This document shows positions 7,673 to 15,826 of a stretch of DNA of 23,025 bases, piece by piece. The position numbers and the translations under genes are program-made. How positions within the stretch are numbered: the first letter of the stretch is position 1; the number at the start of each line of letters is the position of its first letter. The stretch covers positions 1 through 23,025 of the forward strand of contig JBAXBA010000057.1 of assembly GCA_037142195.1 (NCBI GenBank), written 5' to 3'. This DNA comes from Pseudomonadota bacterium. GTDB taxonomy: Bacteria; Bdellovibrionota_B; Oligoflexia; Oligoflexales; CAIMVM01. The notes under the pieces were generated by a model that searched no databases, was not told the DNA's origin, and worked only from the letters and a program-made list of their open reading frames with translations.

Positions 7673-8413
7673 TTAGGAAGCTGTAACTAAGGTCCTTTTT
7701 TCAGACAATTTAAATCCAGGAACCGGCTTTTTATTGTAGGTTTCTAGGTCTCGTACTTGCCAATTATGAGTTAAAAATGCGGTAGCTACTGCCCTTCTTA
7801 GGCGTGTGTTCTCATTGGAGTCATCAGACAGATATCGTTCCACAATTTGAGGAACTTCCTGGTCATCTTGGACACAAAGAAGTTCCACCGCTGCGTATCG
7901 AACTCTTTCATCTTGAACTGTCAGAAAATGAGCGATTTCTTTGTAGTATCCTGGAAGCTTGTAGTCCGCTAAATAGCATAGAATGTCATAATTTTTATCG
8001 GTTTTATCTTGATCAAAGGCGACTTCACCAAAATCAAGGCAGTCTTTAAGGGCCTGGATCACGGATGTTTCGTCAGTGACTTTGAGAAGCATTTTTATGG
8101 GCCAAGCAATGCGGCTGGTAGATTTTAGATGTTCCGCTATGAAGGGTAGGGCTTCCGTTCCGTATTTTACAATGCCTGACATGCACTTTTCTTTTTCTCG
8201 AGTGTCATTGATCCCGTGCTCTAAGCTAAATTCAAATCTTTGAAGCAACGCAGGTACCGCTATATTGCAGTCAGACATTTCCACAAAATATTCTATCGCG
8301 GCTTGACGGTCTTCCTTAAGGCTTTTAGGGTTTTTCGCAGCTTCGGCCATGCTAGAATGGCGTCTGTCCGTGCGGCCTGCAAAATACGCAATTATCTTCT
8401 CAAAAAAGCCCAT
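7673..8413 (-). CDS. Hypothetical protein with HEAT/armadillo-like helical repeats
   Basis: 246-aa ORF. HEAT-like segments EDRQAAIEYF..AVPALL, FLTVQDERVRYAAVELL, YLSDD..ENTRLRRAVA; SD-like AAGGAG upstream; own terminator. Confidence 0.7.
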   Translation of the reverse strand: MGFFEKIIAYFAGRTDRRHSSMAEAAKNPKSLKEDRQAAIEYFVEMSDCNIAVPALLQRFEFSLEHGINDTREKEKCMSGIVKYGTEALPFIAEHLKSTSRIAWPIKMLLKVTDETSVIQALKDCLDFGEVAFDQDKTDKNYDILCYLADYKLPGYYKEIAHFLTVQDERVRYAAVELLCVQDDQEVPQIVERYLSDDSNENTRLRRAVATAFLTHNWQVRDLETYNKKPVPGFKLSEKRTLVTAS

Positions 8414-8546
8414 GAGATCTCCTTAATGTCCGGTCCATCACTATACGCGCTAAGTGGCTAAAGGTAAAGGAATTGAGGTGAATCTCTTTGATGCATATTT
8501 CCAAGTTTCCTGGTAATCTCGGAAATTCATTTTGGCACTTTAATTT

Positions 8547-8569
8547 TCTATAAAGATATACTTTATAGA
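8547..8569. promoter_or_regulatory. Perfect 9-5-9 palindrome (candidate operator) upstream of glmU-glmS-pcrA
   Basis: TCTATAAAG-ATATA-CTTTATAGA overlapping a TATACT -10-like hexamer (8557-8562), 20 nt before the ATG. Confidence 0.45.
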
Positions 8570-8589
8570 CTCATGGGGAGACTTAGGGA

Positions 8590-9381
8590 ATGTCAGCAGT
8601 AACGGCCGTAGTTCTTGCGGCGGGCAAAGGCACACGGATGCAAAGCGATTTGCCTAAGGTTTTGCACGAAGTTGCTGGGAAACCTATGCTTATTCATGTG
8701 GTAGAAAATCTGAGACGAGCTCAAGTGGGCCGTATCGGGCTTGTCCTAAGTCAAGACCTTACGGGTTTTGAAATTTTTTTAGCTGCGAACCCTGATCTCA
8801 TGGTCTGCTTACAAAAAGAGCGCCGGGGGACTGCCGATGCGGTAGCTTCAGCGGCCGTTTTTTTTAAGAGGGCCACTCCGCCGAGCTACGCTCAGCTGGC
8901 TCTTTGGCGGGGCAAAGAGGAAGTTTCCGAACATATTCTTATTTGCGCCGGCGATACCCCGGCCCTCACTTCCGAGTTCTTTACAGACCTTTTTAGGTTT
9001 CACCAGGCGGAAAATTCAGACCTCACGATTGTGGGAATGGAGCAAGAAGACCCTTCAGGATATGGGCGTTTGGTCTTAGGTCAGAATGCAGTTTTGTCTC
9101 GAATCGTGGAACAAAAAGATGCGACGAGCGAAGAGCTTAAAATTAAGATCTGCAACTCAGGCGTACTTATCGCACGAACTCACCTTCTTTTTGCTTGGCT
9201 CGATAAAGTCGAGCCGGTCAATGCTCAAAAAGAATATTATCTTACAGATATCGTTCAAATTGCCGTGGATAATAAAGCTAAGGTAAAGGCCTATATGGGT
9301 CGAGACCCCGAGATTTTTGCTGGTGTTAATGATTTAAATCAAAAAGAGAAAATGAATCTTTACCTCCAATCGAGGTCATAG
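8590..9381 (+). CDS. glmU: GlmU-type N-acetylglucosamine-1-phosphate uridyltransferase, N-terminal domain only
   Basis: LAAGKGTRMQSDLPKVLH, GTADAV, GDTP, GYGR, IVEQKDA, NSG, NAQKEYYLTD, GVND. Ends at 263 aa with no hexapeptide-repeat domain; directly upstream of glmS. Confidence 0.88.
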   Translation: MSAVTAVVLAAGKGTRMQSDLPKVLHEVAGKPMLIHVVENLRRAQVGRIGLVLSQDLTGFEIFLAANPDLMVCLQKERRGTADAVASAAVFFKRATPPSYAQLALWRGKEEVSEHILICAGDTPALTSEFFTDLFRFHQAENSDLTIVGMEQEDPSGYGRLVLGQNAVLSRIVEQKDATSEELKIKICNSGVLIARTHLLFAWLDKVEPVNAQKEYYLTDIVQIAVDNKAKVKAYMGRDPEIFAGVNDLNQKEKMNLYLQSRS

Positions 9382-9391
9382 GAGCAAGTCT

Positions 9392-11221
9392 ATGTGTGGA
9401 ATTGTCGGTTATGTGGGATCGCGCGAGTGCCTTGATATTATCTTTGAGGGATTGGCTAAGCTTGAATATCGTGGCTACGATTCCACAGGGCTCGCCGTCG
9501 TCGGTAAGGATTCCAAGATCTATATTGAAAAAAGCGAAGGAAAACTTTCGAAGCTTCGCCCTCTACTTAAAAATTTGCCTCAAAATGCCCATGTCGGTTT
9601 AGGTCACACCCGTTGGGCAACCCATGGAGCAGCAACCACGGCCAATGCCCATCCCCATGTGGCAGATAAATTGGCGATTGTTCACAACGGCATTATAGAA
9701 AACTTTCGAGAATTAAAGGTGGAATGTGAAGCGAAGGGGGCTCAATTTAAATCCCAAACAGATACAGAAGTCATTTTACATGTTCTCATAGATCTCTATA
9801 AAAAAAATAAGGACATGAAGAAGACGTTGCTTTCGCTTCGCGAAAAACTGCAAGGGGCTTATTCTTTAGGAATCCTTGTCGAAGATGAGCCAACGACGAT
9901 TTATTTTGTAAAGGAAGGCTCGCCGCTAGTCTTAGGCTATGGAGAAGGAGAAAACTTTTTCGCTTCCGATGCCCTAGCCGTTATTGAGCATACGAGAAAG
10001 GTCGTCTTCTTAAAGGATGGAGAAATGGGTCGGATGACACCAACCTCTATCGAACTTTGGGATGAAGAAGGGGCCAGTCTAGAGAGAGAGCCTCTGACCT
10101 TAGATTTGTCATCATTTCATATCGGAAAAAGTGGTTATAAGCACTTCATGTTGAAAGAGATCCATGAGCAACCAGCGGTTATGGCAAAAACCATTCAGAG
10201 GTTGGTAGATGTCGATAAGGGGACCTTTAACGAAGCGGCTCTTGGTTTAGATGCTATCGACGTCACCAAAATTAAAGCGATTCATATTGTAGGCTGCGGT
10301 ACTGCTTATCTTGCCGGAGTCATTGGGAAGTATATTTTAGAGCCTCTGGTAAAGGTTCCCGTGCAAGTGGAGCTAGCGAGTGAGTTTCGTTACCGCGATC
10401 CTTGGCTCAATGAAGGAACTCTTGTCATTCCTATAACCCAGTCCGGTGAGACCGCCGATACCCTTGCGAGTTTGAAGCATGCCTTGGAAAAGGGTTGTCA
10501 GAGTCTTGCCATTTGCAACGTAAATTTTGCGACCATCCCCAGGACAGCTCATGGCACTTTATATATGGAAGCGGGACCAGAGATCGGTGTTGCCTCCACC
10601 AAAGCATTTACCTCGCAAGTGCTTTGTCTTTATATTTTGGCACACGCCCTTGGCGCCAAACTGAAATATGACATCCCTCTGAACTCTGTAATGGAAGCTC
10701 TTAAAGCACTTCCTCCCCAAGTTGAGCATGGCATTGGTTTAGGGCCCATTGTCGAAAAAATTTCACAAACCTATTATGAAGTTCAAAATTGTATTTATAT
10801 TGGCCGCGCTGCCAATTCTTCCATCGCGCTAGAGGGAGCCTTGAAGCTTAAGGAAATTTCTTATATTCATGCTGAAGGTTATGCAGGCGGAGAGTTAAAG
10901 CATGGGCCTATTGCCTTGATTGACCAACATATGCCGGTTATCGCTCTTTGCCCTAAGGATCGCCATTACGATAAAATGATGTCCAATATTGAAGAAGTGA
11001 GAGCTAGAGAAGGCAAAATTTTTGGTATTGGTGCCTTGGGTGATCTTAAATTTCAAAATATTTGCCAGGACTTTATCGGCCTCCCTCAATCTAGCGATGA
11101 ATTTTTGCAATCCATTATCAATGTCATTCCCCTTCAGCTTTTCGCCTATCATGTGGCTTGCAAGCGGGGAACTGATGTGGATCAGCCTCGCAATTTGGCG
11201 AAGTCAGTGACGGTGGAATAG
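9392..11221 (+). CDS. glmS: Glutamine--fructose-6-phosphate aminotransferase (isomerizing)
   Basis: MCGIVG, LEYRGYDS, GHTRWATHG, HNGIIEN, SQTDTEV, QSGETADT, GPEIGVASTKAF, ELKHGPIAL, DQPRNLAKSVTVE. Confidence 0.99.
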   Translation: MCGIVGYVGSRECLDIIFEGLAKLEYRGYDSTGLAVVGKDSKIYIEKSEGKLSKLRPLLKNLPQNAHVGLGHTRWATHGAATTANAHPHVADKLAIVHNGIIENFRELKVECEAKGAQFKSQTDTEVILHVLIDLYKKNKDMKKTLLSLREKLQGAYSLGILVEDEPTTIYFVKEGSPLVLGYGEGENFFASDALAVIEHTRKVVFLKDGEMGRMTPTSIELWDEEGASLEREPLTLDLSSFHIGKSGYKHFMLKEIHEQPAVMAKTIQRLVDVDKGTFNEAALGLDAIDVTKIKAIHIVGCGTAYLAGVIGKYILEPLVKVPVQVELASEFRYRDPWLNEGTLVIPITQSGETADTLASLKHALEKGCQSLAICNVNFATIPRTAHGTLYMEAGPEIGVASTKAFTSQVLCLYILAHALGAKLKYDIPLNSVMEALKALPPQVEHGIGLGPIVEKISQTYYEVQNCIYIGRAANSSIALEGALKLKEISYIHAEGYAGGELKHGPIALIDQHMPVIALCPKDRHYDKMMSNIEEVRAREGKIFGIGALGDLKFQNICQDFIGLPQSSDEFLQSIINVIPLQLFAYHVACKRGTDVDQPRNLAKSVTVE

Positions 11222-13398
11222 TGAATCAGATTCAAGTCCATCATGAAACTTCTAGGCTTTGGCTACAGACTTTAAACGAAGTTCAAAAGAAAGCTGCGCT
11301 TCATGATCAAGGGCCTCTTGTCGTATTTGCGGGAGCTGGTTCAGGTAAGACTCGTGTCATTACCACGAGAATTGCCTTATTGATTGATTCAGGTGTTTTG
11401 CCAAGTCGCATTCTTGCCGTTACATTTACCAATAAAGCAGCCGGCGAAATGAGAGAGCGCGCTACGGCTCTTACATTAGACGCTGGGCTTGCCACGATCG
11501 CTACGTTTCACTCGGCCTGTGCTCGTTGGCTGCGAGAATTTGCCTCTGAACTTGGCTTTACCTCTGACTTTACAGTTTATGATGATAACGATTCCCAGTC
11601 TGTGATTAAATCCGTCTTAAAAGAACTCAATATTAAAATTGAAGAGTCAGTATCTGACTACAAATCGGCCATTCAAAGAATGAAAAATTTAGGCTGGTCA
11701 CCACGAGAAGCCGAAACTTTTGAGTCAGAGTATCAAAGTCAATTTCCTCCCTATTACGTAAAGATTTACCGAGGCTACCAAGAGAAGCTGGCATTAGCAA
11801 ATGCCATGGATTTTTCAGACCTTCTACTCAATATGCTACTTCTTCTTCGCAGTCATAAAGGAGTGCGTGCAGCCCTTCAAAAGCGCTACAGCTACGTCCT
11901 AGTAGATGAGTATCAAGATACCAATCCGACTCAATTTGAACTTGTAGCGCTTCTGCTCGGAGATTCTAAGAATCTTATGGTGGTCGGTGATGATGATCAG
12001 TCCATTTATTCGTGGCGGGGGGCTAATCCTTCCAATATCATCAATTTTAAAACTCATTTTCCAACTGCGATAGAATGTCGACTCGAGCAGAACTATAGGT
12101 GCACCTCCAATATCGTAAATGCCGCAAATGCTGTTATTCAAAACAATAAAGTACGCGCGGCAAAAACACTTTGGACGGAAAATCGATCTGGCGATCTTAT
12201 ACAATATGTCCAAGAAATTGATGGTGAAGCTGAATCTTGGAATGTGATTGATCTCATCAAGCGAGAAAAAAACATCTATCCATGGACAGATGTTGCGGTT
12301 TTCTATCGCACCAACTCACAATCTAGGTCCCTTGAAGAAAATTTACGCAGACAAAATATCCCCTATCAAATCTATGGATCTCTTCGCTTTTATGACCGCG
12401 CCGAGATCAAAGATATTTTGGCCTATGTTCGCCTCACCATCAACGATGGGGACGATGTAGCATTTCGACGTATAGTGAACGTGCCCACTCGCGGGATCGG
12501 TGACAAAGCTGTTGAAAATTTGAATGAAATTGCTAAAGCAAAGGGTCTTTCCCTCCTTAAAGCTGCGAGAGAATGTGTCTCTACAAATGTGCCCAAATTG
12601 GGCGCGAAGTTTAAGGTGTTTGTGGATATCATCGATTCGTTAAAGTCTAGATGTGAGGAGTCTGCCCCCCATGAGATCGTTCCATCCATCTTAGAACTTA
12701 CAGATTATCGCCGACATTTAGACACCAAACATCCTGAAGAAGCCAAAGACAAGTTAGGCAACGTCCATGAACTTGCTGCTGCTATGAGCGACTTCCATGA
12801 AGCAAACCCTGAAGTTAAATTGTCGCAGTGGCTTCAAGATATTAGCATGACGGGTAGCGAGTCAGAATCTTCGACAGGTGTGACTCTTATGACGCTGCAT
12901 TCTGCGAAAGGTCTAGAATTTAAGAGAGTCTACATTGTAGGGGTAGAAGATGGACTTCTTCCCCATTTGAATTCCATGGACTACGCTGAAGATTTAGAAG
13001 AAGAGCGCCGCCTTATGTATGTCGGTATGACACGAGCCAAAGAGAAGCTAAGTCTCTTTTCTGCTCGTAAACGTCGGGTATATAACAATTGGATGGCGAA
13101 TGGGCCTTCCCGTTTTTTGAATGAAATACCCAAAGAATTTTTGCATATGACGGGCGTGGATCAAGAAGTCAGCATAGAAAAGGAACGCAGTTCCTTTACC
13201 GGATGGGCAGATGAAGAGGCGGTGGACGAGGGGTCTAAGGTCAAGCATCCGACCTTTGGAAGAGGAATTGTCGAAGCTGTCGAGAGTGAGTTTGGCAGCA
13301 AGAAAGCCATTGTCCGTTTTGACTCTTTTGGACTCAGGAAAGTCAATTTGTCTCAACTTCAGTCGGGAGAGACGCGCTATGAGTATGATTTAGATTGA
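11221..13398 (+). CDS. pcrA: ATP-dependent DNA helicase PcrA/UvrD (SF1A)
   Basis: AGAGSGKT, TFTNKAAGEM, TFHS, VDEYQDTN, VGDDDQSIYSWRGA, LEQNYR, MTLHSAKGLEF, EEERRLMYVGMTRA, C-terminal Tudor-like VKHPTFGRG. GTG start overlaps the glmS stop by 1 nt. Confidence 0.96.
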   Translation: MNQIQVHHETSRLWLQTLNEVQKKAALHDQGPLVVFAGAGSGKTRVITTRIALLIDSGVLPSRILAVTFTNKAAGEMRERATALTLDAGLATIATFHSACARWLREFASELGFTSDFTVYDDNDSQSVIKSVLKELNIKIEESVSDYKSAIQRMKNLGWSPREAETFESEYQSQFPPYYVKIYRGYQEKLALANAMDFSDLLLNMLLLLRSHKGVRAALQKRYSYVLVDEYQDTNPTQFELVALLLGDSKNLMVVGDDDQSIYSWRGANPSNIINFKTHFPTAIECRLEQNYRCTSNIVNAANAVIQNNKVRAAKTLWTENRSGDLIQYVQEIDGEAESWNVIDLIKREKNIYPWTDVAVFYRTNSQSRSLEENLRRQNIPYQIYGSLRFYDRAEIKDILAYVRLTINDGDDVAFRRIVNVPTRGIGDKAVENLNEIAKAKGLSLLKAARECVSTNVPKLGAKFKVFVDIIDSLKSRCEESAPHEIVPSILELTDYRRHLDTKHPEEAKDKLGNVHELAAAMSDFHEANPEVKLSQWLQDISMTGSESESSTGVTLMTLHSAKGLEFKRVYIVGVEDGLLPHLNSMDYAEDLEEERRLMYVGMTRAKEKLSLFSARKRRVYNNWMANGPSRFLNEIPKEFLHMTGVDQEVSIEKERSSFTGWADEEAVDEGSKVKHPTFGRGIVEAVESEFGSKKAIVRFDSFGLRKVNLSQLQSGETRYEYDLD

Positions 13399-13492
13399 TC
13401 CTATCTCCATGAATTTTTTAGAATTTGTTCGACGCTTTCCATAAACTCCCAAATTTAGTTTTTGGCTCCATGCCTCCCATTCCCGTTGATCG

Positions 13493-13501
13493 TGGTAAAA
13501 T
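13493..13501 (+). promoter_or_regulatory. Extended -10 promoter element for the ftsB-like gene
   Basis: TG-G-TAAAAT about 27 nt upstream of GTG 13528, which is preceded by GGAG (13519-13522). Confidence 0.4.
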
Positions 13502-13527
13502 ACCACAGAATCAATGTCGGAGTGCTC

Positions 13528-13812
13528 GTGGACCCTATGTTGCCAGGAAGGGTTTTAGCTGGTCTTTGTGTAGCTGTGCTATGCATGGGAGTCGTGCGTG
13601 GTCAATATACGATGAAGAACTATTTTGAACTCAAAAAATCCTATGAAACTCTCAAGTCGGTAGTTGATGGTTTGAGAGAACAAAATGAGAAACTAGCAGT
13701 TGAGATAGAGAATATTGCAGCATCTCCTGACTACGCGCGAAAAGTGATGCGCGATAAGTATCATGTAACGGATGACGACGAAGAAATCATTATTGTCGAT
13801 GGTAAGGAGTGA
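13528..13812 (+). CDS. ftsB: Septum formation initiator family protein (FtsB/DivIC-like)
   Basis: Single TM (VLAGLCVAVLCMGVV), heptad coiled coil (LKKSYETLKSVVDGLREQNEKLAVEIENI), SPDYARKVMRDKYHVT..DE (AR..LG..E-like). Start 13528/13537 preferred over 13462. Confidence 0.72.
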   Translation: MDPMLPGRVLAGLCVAVLCMGVVRGQYTMKNYFELKKSYETLKSVVDGLREQNEKLAVEIENIAASPDYARKVMRDKYHVTDDDEEIIIVDGKE

Positions 13813-13813
13813 T

Positions 13814-14908
13814 ATGAAAGTTTCATTGGTATCTGGTTTTTTCGCCCTACTCATGAGTGTTCTAAGTGCTTGTGGTGCTTCCACGTCGCTAAATGGACTG
13901 CTTTTTGGAAAAGGAAGCTCTACGCAAAGGTATGAGGCCTTGATCGATAAAGCAAGAATCCAGTATGACCGTAAAGAATATGCCGCATCAGGGAAGACAC
14001 TAGATGAGGTTTTAAAAGCATATCCAGCCAGCAGCGAAGCAGCCTCCATGCGAGCCTACTCTTATATGGGTGAAGCTGGGCTATCCTTTTTAGATATTGT
14101 GAGAGTGGTAGCATTTTCAGCTAAAGACGCGGAAGAATTAGATGATGGGCCGTTAAAGGTTTGTTTAACCACCAAGACAGAAGTAACAGACAAATTAGCC
14201 TGTGTATTAGGTGTGGATGTTCAAAATCTAACGGCAGCGGGTTCCGGGGTTTCTAATATTAGAACGATCAGCCCTCAAGTTGCTAAGCTAACCTCTGCCA
14301 TTAAAATGCTTTGTCCCTATACCCCGGCCGACCTTAGAATTACAGGTGACGTCAGGCATGATGGTTGCGGAACGATTAGAAATCAAAAAGAAGCGTTGGG
14401 AGGAAAAGGAAAGTTTGCCTGGGCATTGCTTCACCTTCTCGAAGCCTCCATCTTAAATACCGAAGTGACTCGCCTTCAAAAAGCAGCTACAGAAATCAGC
14501 ACCGGCAATGTAGACTCTCTTATCGGTAATATATCTTCCTTAGCCCAAGCGGTTGCCGCAACCGTTACCAATACGTCTGGAGATTCGATTGTTTCTGCAC
14601 TTGATAATGACTTGACCGCGGTCGCTAAGGCGATAGGGAGTATTGGAAACCTTCCTCCCTCTGTAACTGCTGGTCTGGATCAGTTGAAAGCTAAACTCTC
14701 CCAAGCGGGCACAGGATCTACAGCTACTAACACAACTCAAAAATCAACAGCAGTAACAGCAAATACCAAAGACAAAGCCAAGACAGCAATCGTAGCAAAA
14801 GCTTCAGAGATAAACGCAAAATCCCCAGAAGACATCAAAAAAGTTTGTGATGCTTACGCGGTCATGGGGGGAACTAAGACGGATCTATCTGGGGTAAACT
14901 GTCCTTAA
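13814..14908 (+). CDS. Hypothetical lipoprotein with an N-terminal TPR-like repeat and helical Ala/Thr/Ser-rich C-terminus
   Basis: ATG 13814 after AAGGAG; signal MKVSLVSGFFALLMSVLSA-C (lipobox LSAC); TPR-like ALIDKARIQYDRKEYAASGKTLDEVLKAYPASSEA; six further Cys. Confidence 0.8.
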   Translation: MKVSLVSGFFALLMSVLSACGASTSLNGLLFGKGSSTQRYEALIDKARIQYDRKEYAASGKTLDEVLKAYPASSEAASMRAYSYMGEAGLSFLDIVRVVAFSAKDAEELDDGPLKVCLTTKTEVTDKLACVLGVDVQNLTAAGSGVSNIRTISPQVAKLTSAIKMLCPYTPADLRITGDVRHDGCGTIRNQKEALGGKGKFAWALLHLLEASILNTEVTRLQKAATEISTGNVDSLIGNISSLAQAVAATVTNTSGDSIVSALDNDLTAVAKAIGSIGNLPPSVTAGLDQLKAKLSQAGTGSTATNTTQKSTAVTANTKDKAKTAIVAKASEINAKSPEDIKKVCDAYAVMGGTKTDLSGVNCP

Positions 14909-14925
14909 AAGTCACGAAGCTTGAA

Positions 14926-14963
14926 AATAAAAAACAAAGCCCTCTCCTTCAGAGGGCTTTGTT
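14926..14963. terminator. Likely bidirectional intrinsic terminator between the lipoprotein gene and dksA
   Basis: Perfect 13-bp stem AACAAAGCCCTCT-CCTTC-AGAGGGCTTTGTT (14933-14963) with an A-tract on the left; lies between convergent genes. Confidence 0.85.
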
Positions 14964-14985
14964 CTATAAAAAAGTTTAAATGAGT

Positions 14986-15435
14986 TTAGAAAACTGGCTC
15001 GTCATCATTGGCACCACGACCGACTTTTCGGGATTTTTCCAATTTCTCTTTGTGCTTAACGGAGTAACGTGTCCAAGGTGAAAGTTCTAAACGACGTTTT
15101 GGAATGGGTTCTCCCGTACCTTCACAAAGACCGAATTCCCCGTTGCCGATTTTAGCAATGGCGTGTTCAATTTCTGCCAGCTGCTGGTTATCTCTGTCAA
15201 GAAGGCGTAGTGATAAGTTTTGCTCAACAGTTGCTGCCGCTAAATCCACTTCGTCCATCATTTCATTGGAATCCAACTGAATGGTTCCTGCGTTAAGGGT
15301 CGATTTTGTTTTTTCCAATAACTTATCTTTCTCATCTACTAAAACTTTTAAGAAAGAAATGAGTTCCTCTTTTGTAAAAAACTCGTTTTCAGCGATATCA
15401 AAGTCAGTAGCATCAAATTCTTTTTTGTTACCCAT
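14986..15435 (-). CDS. dksA: DksA/TraR family RNA polymerase-binding factor, single-Cys variant
   Basis: Coiled-coil tip DEVDLA (DxxDxA), LRLLDRD, IEHAIAKI..GEFGLCEGTGEPIPKRRLELSPWTRYSV; ATG 15435 after GGAG. Confidence 0.9.
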   Translation of the reverse strand: MGNKKEFDATDFDIAENEFFTKEELISFLKVLVDEKDKLLEKTKSTLNAGTIQLDSNEMMDEVDLAAATVEQNLSLRLLDRDNQQLAEIEHAIAKIGNGEFGLCEGTGEPIPKRRLELSPWTRYSVKHKEKLEKSRKVGRGANDDEPVF

Positions 15436-15516
15436 GGCAAACTCCAAAAAGGCTATATTTCCCCGACCCTTACTCGGCCATGCTTAGGCTTAAAAGCGCG
15501 AGCCTAGGGACTCAGG

Positions 15517-15545
15517 ATTATATATCTAGGGTAGGGTTAATACAA
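15517..15545 (-). promoter_or_regulatory. sigma70 promoter of dksA
   Basis: Minus strand TTGTAT-N17-TATAAT, about 80 nt upstream of the dksA ATG. Confidence 0.75.
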
Positions 15546-15792
15546 GCGCCAAAGGGTGGCGATGAAAGGACCTGTCTGGAAGCTATATTTTTTAATGATA
15601 TTAAGAGGTTAACAAATAATTCCGCCTCTTCGCGACCCTGTTTTTAGGGGTTAGCCCCATGATGTCGGGCTTAAAATTAGGGCCTTCGTCCCATGAGAGC
15701 CATGCGGATCTAGAGCTATTTTTTAAGTTCTTTCGCACATTCAGAAAATATTTTGGCTGCTAAACCGGGCTCAGCGAAGATTACTTTCAAAG

Positions 15793-15817
15793 AAAAAAAG
15801 CCTCAATTTCTGAGGCT
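15793..15817 (-). terminator. Intrinsic terminator of mutS
   Basis: Minus strand AGCCTCA-GAAAT-TGAGGCT followed by a T-run, about 10 nt after the mutS stop. Confidence 0.85.
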
Positions 15818-15826
15818 AGGAAACAT

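Noticed and set aside
8532..8548. sigma54 promoter (TTGGCAC)
   Set aside because: The -12 TTGC element is absent (TTTT at the required spacing).
9382..9391. glmS ribozyme, or a frameshifted GlmU C-terminal domain
   Set aside because: Only 10 nt separate the glmU stop from the glmS start; there is no room for either.
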